A stretch of 64,000 bases of DNA from an uncultured delta proteobacterium (GCA_963708295.1 CAVPSJ010000016.1:1-64000), one strand, 5' to 3'. Counted from the stretch's first letter, positions 33,481-43,228 are shown. Notes: generated by a model from the letters alone, not told the origin. Numbers and translations: made by a program.

Positions 33481-33725
33481 CGGGCACATCATTCGAAGTC
33501 TCGCGTTTGAAGTCTGATGCCCGATGGGACGAAAGGACCGAAAGTTCAGTCTCTGAATTGCAGGCGGGGAGATGAACCGGCGGGTTGCGGAGGCAGCTTT
33601 GATCGTATATACTGCTTACCGGTTCATCTTGAAAAGAACCGATCCTCACCGGAACCCCGCGGATGTGAGCCTGGGGATGGTTCGTCGAAATAGCCTTTAG
33701 GCGAACCGGCGGGACAAGCCCGTGA
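33481..33725. other. Highly structured intergenic segment (candidate ncRNA/leader or stack of palindromes)
   Basis: Consecutive stems: CGGGCAC/GATGCCCG, AGATGAACCGG/CCGGTTCATCT, GAACCGATCC/GGGGATGGTTC, CGGG-ACAAG-CCCG. Confidence 0.4.
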
Positions 33726-33745
33726 GGCAAGGAAAGAAGCGAGAG

Positions 33746-34984
33746 ATGTTGAGTCCCTATCGAGCCTTGGATTTGACCGACGAGAAAGGTCTTTTGTGTG
33801 GGAAGATTCTGGCTGATCTTGGGGCGGACGTGATACAGGTTGAAAAACCGGGAGGAAATCCTGCCCGGAGTGTTCCCCCCTTTTTTGAAGATGTCGCCGG
33901 CCCGGAAAGAAGCCTCACCTGGTTTGCCTTCAGCGCCGGCAAGAGAAGCATTACCCTTGATTGGGATTCCGGGGCTGGAAAGGATCTTTTTAAGCGGATC
34001 GCCAAGACAGCCGATTTTATCATCGAGTCAGCCCCCTCCGGATGCCTTGAAAGGGCAGGCCTGGGTTATGAGGAGTTGACCAAAACAAATCCCCGTCTCA
34101 TCCTGGCATCCATTACACCCTTCGGCCAGTCGGGTCCGTTTAAAGACTACAAGGCCGGCGATCTCGTCGCTTCGGCCATGGGTGGGATGGTCTGCTGTAC
34201 CGGGGAACCGGATCGCGCTCCGGTACGAATCAGTGCCGACCTGGCTTATTGTCAGGCGGGCGTCCACGCCGCGATCGGACTTTTAATTGCCCTTTCTCAC
34301 CGTGCAGCTACGGGACAAGGACAGCGGGTGGATGTCTCGATGCAAGCCAGCATCGTTCGAACACTCCACACTCAGTTGCCGTATTGGGAATATGGTAACC
34401 GCATTGTGAAGAGGTCCGGGATTAGGCGGTTCCGAGGAGGAGTCTCGACGCGAGAAATCTGGCCCTGTAAAGACGGTTTCGTGTCCTGGATGTTCTTCGG
34501 GGGCGCCGTCGGGACGCAACAGATGCGGGGCATGGTGGAGTGGATGGAAGGTAAAGGGATGGCGGGAGGCCTAAGCGCTGAGGTGCAGAATTGGGCGACC
34601 CTGGACTTGACGAAAGTAGACCCGGAAAAAATAAAGTCCTGGGAAGAAGTGATTGGCGATTTCTTCCTTTCTCATACCAAAGAGGAGCTTTATCAAGAGG
34701 CTCTGGAAAAACGCATTCCCCTCGCGCCGCTGAATGACATGTCAGAGGTTGTTAACGATGAGCAGCTCGCCGCCAGAGACTTCTGGGTAGGTGTTGACCA
34801 CGCTGAGTTAAAGATCAACCTCCGTTACCCGGGATTTCTTTTCCTGACCAGCGAAGAGAATTGCCTGCCCAAAGTAAGGCGCCGTGCACCTTTTGTCGGC
34901 GAACACAATTCAGAAATTTATTTGGATGAATTAGGTCTCAGTGAAGCGGAATTGAATTCCTTACGAAGGGAAGGCATTGTATAG
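33746..34984 (+). CDS. Family III CoA-transferase subunit (CaiB/BaiF), probably non-catalytic
   Basis: LADLGADVIQVE.PGG, KRSITLD, SITPFGQSGP; LAYCQAG where the catalytic Asp is expected. Confidence 0.9.
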   Translation: MLSPYRALDLTDEKGLLCGKILADLGADVIQVEKPGGNPARSVPPFFEDVAGPERSLTWFAFSAGKRSITLDWDSGAGKDLFKRIAKTADFIIESAPSGCLERAGLGYEELTKTNPRLILASITPFGQSGPFKDYKAGDLVASAMGGMVCCTGEPDRAPVRISADLAYCQAGVHAAIGLLIALSHRAATGQGQRVDVSMQASIVRTLHTQLPYWEYGNRIVKRSGIRRFRGGVSTREIWPCKDGFVSWMFFGGAVGTQQMRGMVEWMEGKGMAGGLSAEVQNWATLDLTKVDPEKIKSWEEVIGDFFLSHTKEELYQEALEKRIPLAPLNDMSEVVNDEQLAARDFWVGVDHAELKINLRYPGFLFLTSEENCLPKVRRRAPFVGEHNSEIYLDELGLSEAELNSLRREGIV

Positions 34985-34988
34985 TAGT

Positions 34989-35127
34989 TTGACCGGAACG
35001 TGCCCCGTGGGGTCAAGTCGACAAGACCCGACCACGGGGGGCACCCTATGAACGAAGCTTCCTGTGCTCACATTCTGTTCGCCACTGCGTGCCCGGGAAG
35101 CCCCGCCCTGTGGGCGAGGAGCTTCAA
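34989..35127 (+). mobile_element. About 140-bp non-autonomous IS200/IS605-like element
   Basis: TTGAC, left hairpin GTGCCCCGTGG...CCACGGGGGGCAC, right end GAAGCCCCGCCCTGTGGGCGAGGAGCTTCAA. Confidence 0.5.
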
Positions 35128-36339
35128 ATGGAAAAGACCGCACTCGAGGGAATAAAGGTTGTTGATTTCAGCTGGGCATTTGCCGGGCCCTTTATCGGGG
35201 CCTATCTGGGCGATTATGGGGCGCAGGTCATCAAAGTGGAGAGCCATTCTCGCCTGGATATTACCCGGGTCACCGCACCCTACAAAGATGGAATCACGGG
35301 CGTCAACCGTTCAGGGTGCTTCCTTGTCGTTAATAATAGCAAATACGGAATCACCCTAAACTTAAGGCATCCCCGTGCATCCGAGATCATCGGGAAGCTT
35401 ATTGCCTGGGCCGACGTTGTTGTTGAAAACTTTGGGGCAGGAGTGATGGAGCGTCTGGGGTTGGGCTATGATGAGCTCAAGAGGATAAAACCAGAGATGA
35501 TTATGTTGAGCGCAACGATTCAAGGCCAGACCGGGCCACGGTCAACCTTTGCCGGGTACGGCTGGAACACCGTTGCCCTCACGGGAATCGGCAATCTTAC
35601 GGGCTGGCCAGACCGGTCTCCGGTGGGCACGCTTCAAGCCTATCCGGATAGCGTGGTTCCCTGGTTCGGGGTGGTGGCTGTCTTGGCCGCTTTGGAATAT
35701 CGCCGTAGGACGGGCAGAGGGCAATACATTGATGTGAGCCAGTATGAAACCACCTGCCAATTCCTTGCGCCCCTTCTTCTAGATTATGCCGCGCATCATC
35801 GGGTGGCTATGCGGGCCGGAAACCGATGCCCCTATGCTGCGCCACATGGAGTGTATCGTTGCCGAGGCGAGGACCGATGGTGTGCCATCAGCGTCTTTGC
35901 TGAAAAGGAATGGGAAGCTTTTTGCCGGGTTTTAGGATCACCCGCTTGGGCGGGGAATGAAAGGCTTGCCTCGCTCCATGGGAGGAAGGAAAACGAGGAC
36001 GAGCTTGACAGGTTGGTCGAGCAGTGGACGGTCAACTTCACGCCTGAAGAAGTGATGTCTCTCATGCAACAGGCGGGTGTACCGGCCGGAGTGGTGAAAA
36101 CAAACAAAGAATTGTTTGAAGATCCTCAGCTGACAGACCGGGGCTTCTTCCAGCGTGTGGAGCATCCCGAGATTGGACCCTGTTATCAACAGGCATGGCC
36201 GATCAAGCTGTCCATCAGCCCGCTCAATATCCGTCCAGCGCCCTGCCTGGGCGAGCACAACGAATATGTGTACACCCAAGTCCTGGGACTCTCCGACCAG
36301 GAATTTGTCGAATATCTCGACCAGGGCGTCTTTGAATAA
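35128..36339 (+). CDS. Family III CoA-transferase subunit (CaiB/BaiF), probably catalytic
   Basis: DFSWAFAGP, ADVVVENF, GQTGP, AYPD, APCLGEHN. Confidence 0.92.
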   Translation: MEKTALEGIKVVDFSWAFAGPFIGAYLGDYGAQVIKVESHSRLDITRVTAPYKDGITGVNRSGCFLVVNNSKYGITLNLRHPRASEIIGKLIAWADVVVENFGAGVMERLGLGYDELKRIKPEMIMLSATIQGQTGPRSTFAGYGWNTVALTGIGNLTGWPDRSPVGTLQAYPDSVVPWFGVVAVLAALEYRRRTGRGQYIDVSQYETTCQFLAPLLLDYAAHHRVAMRAGNRCPYAAPHGVYRCRGEDRWCAISVFAEKEWEAFCRVLGSPAWAGNERLASLHGRKENEDELDRLVEQWTVNFTPEEVMSLMQQAGVPAGVVKTNKELFEDPQLTDRGFFQRVEHPEIGPCYQQAWPIKLSISPLNIRPAPCLGEHNEYVYTQVLGLSDQEFVEYLDQGVFE

Positions 36340-36341
36340 GG

Positions 36342-37559
36342 TCACGGCCTCTTCTGCATGATCTCGCAGAGGAAACCTACCGCTTGCTTCGCGAAAACCT
36401 CGTCATTGATATGAGCATCGACCTCGACGATTCTGAAAGAGGGCTTCAGGCTTTGCCTTAATACCTCGACGAAAGCCCGATCTGCCTCCGGATCGTAAAG
36501 AGCCTTCCCCCGCCTATTTGCGGGTGAGAACCCCTGATTGGGGACGACCACTATGGTTGGGCCCAGAGCCTTGTTCAGCTTGTCGGCCATGGCTTTGCCG
36601 ATAGATGCCATCTCGTCTTTGTTTGCCCGGACGAGGGCAACCTCGGGAGTGTGCCTGTATACCTTCCGGTTCCTTAAGCCCTCGGGAATCTTTTCGGGCG
36701 GGCTGAAAACGATGAAATCCAGGCAACCCGGAACAACGACTTGGGGAATCCCTTTCTTTCCAGCCGCTTCTAACCTTGCTGGGCCAGCATCGCAAAACCC
36801 GCCAAACAAGTGGTCTGTGAGCTCGTGGGTCACGAGGTCAAGCACCCCATCGATCAAGCCTTGTTCAATGGCTTCTTCCATCGCCTGCCCGCCCGTCCCC
36901 ACGGTATGGAAAGCCACTACCTCGAAGCCTTTATTTTCCAGAGTTTTCTGAGCTGAGAAAACAGCGCGGTTAATCCCGCCCATGCTACTCATGGCAATGA
37001 AAGCCTTGCCTGAGGCCTCCAGTCCCGGATCTGCAGACACTGCCCCCATGACGGCTCCCGCTGCGCAAGTCAATAGTCTTTTCGTCATCCGATTCAAACC
37101 GACGATATCGGTTACCGAATGAACGACCGTGATGTCTTTCGTGCCGATGTAGGGTCGCATATCCCCTGAAGCGATGGTGCTGACCATGACCTTGGGTATG
37201 CCGAACGGTAGTGCCCTCATCGCTGCGGTGCCTATGGCGGTACCCCGCGATCCGCCCATGCACAGGATTCCATCCAATCTGCCGGAATCGAGAAGCCTCT
37301 GAACGATTTTAGACGCCCCTTCCATCATTACCCGGATCTCTTTATTCTCGTCTGCGGGGTCAACCACATCCTGAAGTTTCACCCCTGCCGCTCTCGCCAC
37401 TTCGTCACGGGAGATTTGAGGCTCGAATGGTGGGGCCCCACGCGTTCCGACGTCTACGACGATGACATCGAATCTCCCGCGGAGAATCAGGTCCTTAACG
37501 TATGCATACTCTTTTCCTTTACTATCTAAGCGTCCCAACAAAACGATCGTTTTTTTCAC
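36342..37559 (-). CDS. Tm-1-like ATP-binding domain protein (UPF0261)
   Basis: GRLDSKGKE, GGSRGT, LPFGIPKVMVST, FHTVGTGG, DAHIND. Confidence 0.88.
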   Translation of the reverse strand: MKKTIVLLGRLDSKGKEYAYVKDLILRGRFDVIVVDVGTRGAPPFEPQISRDEVARAAGVKLQDVVDPADENKEIRVMMEGASKIVQRLLDSGRLDGILCMGGSRGTAIGTAAMRALPFGIPKVMVSTIASGDMRPYIGTKDITVVHSVTDIVGLNRMTKRLLTCAAGAVMGAVSADPGLEASGKAFIAMSSMGGINRAVFSAQKTLENKGFEVVAFHTVGTGGQAMEEAIEQGLIDGVLDLVTHELTDHLFGGFCDAGPARLEAAGKKGIPQVVVPGCLDFIVFSPPEKIPEGLRNRKVYRHTPEVALVRANKDEMASIGKAMADKLNKALGPTIVVVPNQGFSPANRRGKALYDPEADRAFVEVLRQSLKPSFRIVEVDAHINDEVFAKQAVGFLCEIMQKRP

Positions 37560-37663
37560 TCTCTCCTCCGGCCATCCTTCATCCCTTTAGAAGGCCCGTC
37601 TTTTCGAACGGAGTTGGTCTTGGCATAAAATGACTCATCACTTATCTTTATTGCGTTAAACAT

Positions 37664-37672
37664 ATTATACCA
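37664..37672 (-). promoter_or_regulatory. Extended -10 promoter for the leftward Tm-1-like gene
   Basis: TGGTATAAT on the minus strand. Confidence 0.45.
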
Positions 37673-37795
37673 TTGGCAGCACAATGACAATGTCGTGGTA
37701 AAAGGAGTAAGACCTGCCGGATCTACTCTATGAAGGCCCGCTCGTAGATTGCCCTTTCCAGTATCAAGAACGAAGAGCATGTTGGAAATTCCTCA

Positions 37796-37822
37796 TAGGG
37801 AACGCAGTGATGCGTTCCCTAC
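37796..37822. repeat. GTAG-family REP-like palindrome; relatives at 40229-40252 and 52755-52783
   Basis: TAGGGAACGCAGTGATGCGTTCCCTAC. Confidence 0.7.
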
Positions 37823-37848
37823 GGGTCCCTGGAAGTTTCTTATGATTA

Positions 37849-37877
37849 TTGACATTACTGAGGGAATGACCTACTTT
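37849..37877 (+). promoter_or_regulatory. sigma70-type promoter for the rightward Tm-1-like gene
   Basis: TTGACA-17 nt-TACTTT. Confidence 0.55.
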
Positions 37878-38017
37878 AAATGAAACGATATTGGCGGGGT
37901 GGATATGCAAAAAGGTGAATGAGGGGCGCAAGGGGTGTAACGATGAAGTATGGTAAGCAGACGACTCCCTGCTCGGGCACTTTGAGAGCGACAACCAGAG
38001 GGTTCTGAAAGGGGGAC

Positions 38018-39244
38018 GTGATCTTGAAGAAAATTATTCTATGTATAGGAACACTGGATACGAAAGGGCCCGAACTTCTGTACATAAAGCAACTGATAGA
38101 GCAAAGAGGCGGGTACGAGGCTTTGATCATGGACATTGGTAGCTTGGGCATAGCTCACTTTGCCGCCGACATTACGGCCGAACAGGTCGCTAAGGCAGCG
38201 GGAAAAACAATACACGAGGTGAGGAGTCTTAAGGAGGCGGGTCCGGCAGCGAAGATTATGGCCGTTGGAGCCATCAGGATAGTGAAGGACTTGCACCGTT
38301 CAGGAAAATTTCACGGGGCTATTTCCATCGGGGGCGGAATGGGGTCAGGGGTCGCATCGGCTGTGATGAGAGAACTTCCTATCGGGATGCCCAAGTTTAT
38401 GCTTTCCTCCCAGAAGATTGTGCAAGCAGGCATCCGGAAATATGTAGGGACGAAGGATATCGTCATTATGCCCTCGGTCGCTGATATCGCCGGATTTAAC
38501 AGGCTAACAAAGGATGCTCTGCGAAAGTCCGTTGGCGCAATCATAGGCATGATGGAAACAGCAGAGGGGGAGGTGTCCGAAAAACCCCTTGTCTTCATGA
38601 CGATGACGGGTCTGTCCACCGGCTGCGGACTTAGGGTGAAGTCGTTCCTTGAGGAGAAAGGATTCGAAGTAGCCGTATTTCACACCATTGGTGTCGGGGG
38701 GGAGACCCTTGAAGAACTGGTTAAAACCTATCGGGTCAGCGGGGTGATAGAATTAGGATTGAACGAGATCGGAAATGAGCTTTTTGGCGGATTGGCTTCC
38801 GCTGGCCCGAATCGGCTCGAAGCTGCGGGTGAGAGAGGGATTCCTCAAATCATCACCCCGGGTTGTATTGATATTATAAACTTCCTTGGTCCGGAAACAT
38901 TGCCCGACCGGTATAAGGATCGCCCTCTCTGTTTCCATAACCCGCAGGCAACCCTGCCCAGATTAAATGATGAGGAATTTAGATTGCTGGGTGAGACCGT
39001 GGGCAAAAAGCTAAACCGGGCAGTGGGCCCTGTGAGAGTTCTCATTCCTATTCGTGGTTTTTCTTCCCTCGACTGCCAAGGGAACATCTTCTATGACCCT
39101 ATTACGGACAGGGCGTTTATTGATTCTCTAAAAAGTTCGTTGAAAAAAGCGATTGAAGTGAAGGAAATTGACGCGCACATCAACGATGAGGAGTTTGCTG
39201 ACAGAGTGGCAAGTGAGTTCATGGAGATCGTCAAAGGAGGATGA
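38018..39244 (+). CDS. Tm-1-like ATP-binding domain protein (UPF0261), second paralogue
   Basis: GTLDTKGPE, GGGMGS, LPIGMPK, FHTIGVGG, HNP, DAHIND. Confidence 0.88.
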   Translation: MILKKIILCIGTLDTKGPELLYIKQLIEQRGGYEALIMDIGSLGIAHFAADITAEQVAKAAGKTIHEVRSLKEAGPAAKIMAVGAIRIVKDLHRSGKFHGAISIGGGMGSGVASAVMRELPIGMPKFMLSSQKIVQAGIRKYVGTKDIVIMPSVADIAGFNRLTKDALRKSVGAIIGMMETAEGEVSEKPLVFMTMTGLSTGCGLRVKSFLEEKGFEVAVFHTIGVGGETLEELVKTYRVSGVIELGLNEIGNELFGGLASAGPNRLEAAGERGIPQIITPGCIDIINFLGPETLPDRYKDRPLCFHNPQATLPRLNDEEFRLLGETVGKKLNRAVGPVRVLIPIRGFSSLDCQGNIFYDPITDRAFIDSLKSSLKKAIEVKEIDAHINDEEFADRVASEFMEIVKGG

Positions 39245-39312
39245 CTCCTTCTAATCCCTCTCCTCCCATTTTTAGGAATGGCGAGTACAAGAGGATTTAA
39301 CAGAAAAGGTGT

Positions 39313-40020
39313 ATGATGAAGGTAGAAAAAGTTTCTTTCAAGAGTGAGGGCTACCGGATTTCAGGGATTCTTCACCTCCCCGACGAAAAGAACCCGCCCT
39401 GCGTGATCGCCTCCCATGGCCTCCTCTCCAGCAAGAACAGCGAAAAGTATATCGCCCTCGGGGAACGGATTTCGAAAGAGAGCATCGCTATGCTTCGGTT
39501 CGATTTCAGGGGGATCGGAGAGAGTGAAGGACGGCTCGAGGACGATACCGTGAGCAGGAGGATTGCGGATCTGAGTTCAGCTATCGCTTTTGTAAAATCC
39601 TATCCGGCGATAGGAAATCGGATCGGGTTACTTGGATCAAGCCTCGGAGGCTATGTTTCGTTAATCGGGGCTTCGAGAGAGAAGGAAATCAAAGCGGTTG
39701 TCATTTGGGCGACTCCCTTCCATTTGGACGATCTTGGGTCCAAGGGAACGGAGCAGAACCCTCTTCCTGAAGAGGCCTTCTTTGATGATCTCCCGAAACA
39801 CCGGCTTTTGCCTCTTTTGCCCAAGGTCTCAAACTGCTTCGTCATTCATGGGGAAAAAGACGAACTTGTTCCGGTAGACCAGGCCTGGGAGGTTTTTCAT
39901 ACCCTCGGTGCGCCCAAGGAGATTCGCGTGATCGAGGGCGCCGACCACCGCTTGACAAACCCTTCCCATCGCCAGCGCGCGATCGATCTCAGTGTGGATT
40001 GGTTCAAAAGGTATCTCTAG
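39313..40020 (+). CDS. Alpha/beta hydrolase
   Basis: RFDFRGIGESEG, GSSLGG, HGEKDELVP, GADH. Confidence 0.9.
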   Translation: MMKVEKVSFKSEGYRISGILHLPDEKNPPCVIASHGLLSSKNSEKYIALGERISKESIAMLRFDFRGIGESEGRLEDDTVSRRIADLSSAIAFVKSYPAIGNRIGLLGSSLGGYVSLIGASREKEIKAVVIWATPFHLDDLGSKGTEQNPLPEEAFFDDLPKHRLLPLLPKVSNCFVIHGEKDELVPVDQAWEVFHTLGAPKEIRVIEGADHRLTNPSHRQRAIDLSVDWFKRYL

Positions 40021-40351
40021 GCTGCTGAAAAAAAGCCCATCTGCGGCGTTTTCCGCCCTGCTCACCCTCTCGCGGGGTCGCCAAGACTTGCTCCTCATTC
40101 GTCGTGACGCCGTCCGGCTTTCTCACAAACTCGGTGGCGTGACAAACAGTTGTGACTTATTCGTTACAACTCCCCCCCTCATCCTTCCCCGTGTCAAGCA
40201 AGGGGCAGGCTTGTTGTAGCTTACAGCAGAACGGTTTCAAACCGTTCCCTACAAAGAACGTTGAGGCCCCCGAGAAACGGGATCTCGCAGACCTCAAGTT
40301 GCATGTGGCCCTTTTTGAGCAACCTGGAAAAGATAACTTTCTCAGCAGCCT
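40019..40351. mobile_element. MITE with AGGCTGCTGAAAAA-type inverted ends and a nested REP
   Basis: AGGCTGCTGAAAAA...TTTTTGAGCAACCT...TTTCTCAGCAGCCT; related element at 50364. Confidence 0.65.
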
Positions 40352-40450
40352 GCTTGCGTTTTAACCCCAGGGAGGATCAATCTGCAGGTTTTAGAGGACC
40401 GAAAAGGAGCAACGAAGAAATTTTGGAATGGACAGGCTATTCTTGGTAAA

Positions 40451-42178
40451 TCATTTTGTCGACTTCACTTCTTTTATTCTCCACTTACCGTCTTCCTTCT
40501 TGAAGGCAACATCCAAAACGGACTTGTTCTCCTGGTATTGACCCCCGCCTTTTAAAGAGGTTTTGATCAACCATTCGACCCTCGCCTTTGCCGTCTCGAC
40601 CGAGATTGAAAGGTTCCTGATATCATAGGACAGGTCGAGATAGTTGTACTTCTCCCAGTAAGCGACCGTTGACCTCTTTCTCCCTTCCATGTTTTCGAAA
40701 TCAGAAGCGTAACAGGAGACGAAAAGGTCAATGTCTTTCTTTAAATTTGACTGCCGAACATTCTCGAGGAGGGTCTTGATTTTCCCTGCCTCCTGAGCCT
40801 CCGCGGGAGGTGTATTAGAAGGTTCGGGAAGAGAAGAGGGAACGGGAGTGACTTCTTTTGAAAGAACAGCTGGTCCCTGTGTATTCTTGGATTCTCCCGG
40901 CTCCACGGCATGGGTGACAGGAGGCGTCTGGGCAGCGGGTCTGGCGGGAATCTGAACGGACACCTCTCGAGATATGGGTATTCGTGGTTCAGCTGGCTTC
41001 GGCTTCGCAAAATAGGAATAAACTTGCCAGAGCAACCATCCCCCTGCCACAACCATGATCAGGATGCTACCCGCTTCGAAACCCAGGCGGCGATAATCCT
41101 TCCCAAACTTAAACTTACTCAAGAAGGTCACCCCCTTAAGCAAGTCATTCGCCGACCTCTTGGCAACGGGCTGTTCAGGGGTTTGGGCTTGAAGGAATTG
41201 CTCTTCCAGGCTAAGCTCCGGAGTAGGCGTGGCTCGAGGCCCCTTCTTCTTACCTCGTTCAGGTGCTCCCACATCCTGTCCTTTAGGGCCGGAGGGAGAA
41301 GGCGGCTTGGAAGCGACTCCTGGCTTTCGATTCGAGGCCTCCGAAAGGTCAGGGGCTACTCTCCGAAGGAAGAGATCTCCCAGGCCGTCGGATTCGGAAG
41401 GCGGGGGATTGGGTTCGATTTCGGACGATTTAGATTCCTCGGTCCCCTTTCGAAAGGTCACGCCGAAAGCAGCGTCCAGGACCTCGGATTCGGAAGGGGA
41501 AAGATTGGATTCGGCATCGGATGATTTCGAATTTTCCTTTTCCTTGGGCGAAGTCTGTGATACAAGGGCCGCTCCGCATCTCACGCAGGTAGTTCCACGC
41601 TCGTAGATAATTTTGCAGGAAGGGCAAACAAGTTTCTTCCGAGGTGCTTCTACGACTATCTCCGGGGCTAATTGTTCTTCGAGGGTCTGTGTCTGTAAGC
41701 GGTTTTCGTCGTCTTTGGATCCATTCGATATTTCAGGCGCCCCGTTGGCCTGGACGGAAGTTTGGGGAACCAGGGCGGACTCACATTTGATACACGAGGT
41801 CCCGTGCTCGTAGATAATTTTACAGGTTGGGCAGATGAGTTTTCCAGGAGATGTCCCGTTCTTCTGTTTCTCAGAGGTTTCCACTGGTGGAAGTTTTTCT
41901 TCAAATTGAGCTCCGCGAGCAATTGGAGGCTCACTCTTTTCCTGAGAAGGGGTTTGACGTCCGAGAGGGGATCCGCATTGTATGCAAGAGCTTCCAAATT
42001 CATAAGTAATTTTACAATGGGGGCAGAACAATTTTCCCCCTGAGTTTTCCTCGTCGGCATGATTTACTTTCTTGGGGGCCGGTGCAGATTCTGTTTTCTG
42101 GGTGAGGGGACTTCCGCAATAATTACAAAACTTTTTGTCTTCTTCGTATTCGATATTGCAACTGGTGCAGACCTGCAT
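40451..42178 (-). CDS. Membrane protein: four double-CxxC zinc-ribbon repeats, long low-complexity linker, TM, C-terminal NTF2/SnoaL-like domain
   Basis: Four CxxC..YE....CxxC repeats; TM ILIMVVAGGWLLW; C-terminus YASDF...FKKEDGKWRIKE. Confidence 0.8.
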   Translation of the reverse strand: MQVCTSCNIEYEEDKKFCNYCGSPLTQKTESAPAPKKVNHADEENSGGKLFCPHCKITYEFGSSCIQCGSPLGRQTPSQEKSEPPIARGAQFEEKLPPVETSEKQKNGTSPGKLICPTCKIIYEHGTSCIKCESALVPQTSVQANGAPEISNGSKDDENRLQTQTLEEQLAPEIVVEAPRKKLVCPSCKIIYERGTTCVRCGAALVSQTSPKEKENSKSSDAESNLSPSESEVLDAAFGVTFRKGTEESKSSEIEPNPPPSESDGLGDLFLRRVAPDLSEASNRKPGVASKPPSPSGPKGQDVGAPERGKKKGPRATPTPELSLEEQFLQAQTPEQPVAKRSANDLLKGVTFLSKFKFGKDYRRLGFEAGSILIMVVAGGWLLWQVYSYFAKPKPAEPRIPISREVSVQIPARPAAQTPPVTHAVEPGESKNTQGPAVLSKEVTPVPSSLPEPSNTPPAEAQEAGKIKTLLENVRQSNLKKDIDLFVSCYASDFENMEGRKRSTVAYWEKYNYLDLSYDIRNLSISVETAKARVEWLIKTSLKGGGQYQENKSVLDVAFKKEDGKWRIKEVKSTK

Positions 42179-42208
42179 GGATGCCTCTTTTAATTTAACC
42201 CTTCGGGG

Positions 42209-43228
42209 TTACATGGGTGCCGGTTGAATAGAAGCCGTTGGAGGAGGAAGAGAAGGAGGAGGTGCAGAAGAAGCCTTGGGTGCTTCGGAAGTGGCTAATT
42301 TACTCACCCAGGCAGTACTTCCGTCCTCAAGGCGGACACGCAACCAGCCTCCACTTACTTCAAGAATTTTCAGAGAAGCCCCCTTCTTTGCATTGCCGAC
42401 GATTTTATAGCCTGTTCCCGGCCCCTGACGCAGATTCACGGTGTCCCATACCACCTGAGTGGTGGGAAGAGGAGGAGGTGGGGGCGTGGTGACTTTCAGG
42501 GCGATGGGGGTCGGCTTCGGCTCTTCCTTCAGTAGAACGGGTAAAACCCGATAAGACTCGGGCGGAGTCTTAGCAACGATAAAACTGGCCGAATCCTCAA
42601 CTGCGGTGCGTATCGCCTTCTCCATCGGTGTTTTTGAGAAATCCTTAAACACTGCCGGCAGGGGGCCGCGCCTTCCCGATGTTCCCCCAACATCCGCCGC
42701 CTTCCCTTTCACTTTCTCGGTGGCGATCGCTTGGTGGGTTCTTGGGTCGGTCACCGTTACCGTAATCGTCACGTAAGATGTCCCGCCTGTGCCCTCTCCT
42801 GCTCCCGGAATTCCGGGCTTGAACTCTCTAACCACCCCTTCAACAAGGAGGTCGATCTCTTCCTCTTTACTGGGACGACGGCCTTCTCTAGCCTCTTGGT
42901 TCTTGATCACCTCATCCGAGGATTTCCGCAATTGAACAATATACCGCTTGGTGGCCAACAAGGCATTGCATAACATCTCAGCCACCCCATCTCCCACCTG
43001 GCTCATCTCTTTTCCGCTTGATCGGTCAGTGAACTTAATGACTGCAGTTCTTGCTTTAGGCCCTTTGTAATTTTCCTTTAATATCTGCTCGAAGGTCGGC
43101 CGAGAAGCGGAGGTGGGTTTTTCATCAGGATGAATGGTCTGATCGATGGCCGAACAACTTATGAGAATGAATACAGATGTGACGGAAGCCAGTAACTTAG
43201 GTGTCAAATTGGTGAATAATTCCTTCAT
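42209..43228 (-). CDS. CsgG/HfaB-like lipoprotein with C-terminal SH3b domain
   Basis: Lipobox LISC; YKGPKARTAV.KF, EML.NAL.AT, TPMEKAIR; VNLRQGPGTGY...GW..V...G..AWV. Confidence 0.8.
   Translation of the reverse strand: MKELFTNLTPKLLASVTSVFILISCSAIDQTIHPDEKPTSASRPTFEQILKENYKGPKARTAVIKFTDRSSGKEMSQVGDGVAEMLCNALLATKRYIVQLRKSSDEVIKNQEAREGRRPSKEEEIDLLVEGVVREFKPGIPGAGEGTGGTSYVTITVTVTDPRTHQAIATEKVKGKAADVGGTSGRRGPLPAVFKDFSKTPMEKAIRTAVEDSASFIVAKTPPESYRVLPVLLKEEPKPTPIALKVTTPPPPPLPTTQVVWDTVNLRQGPGTGYKIVGNAKKGASLKILEVSGGWLRVRLEDGSTAWVSKLATSEAPKASSAPPPSLPPPTASIQPAPM

Noticed and set aside
33510-33540. CTGATG...GAAA resembling a hammerhead ribozyme core
   Set aside because: It reads CUGAUGC rather than CUGAnGA, and I could not find stems I and III with a cleavage triplet.
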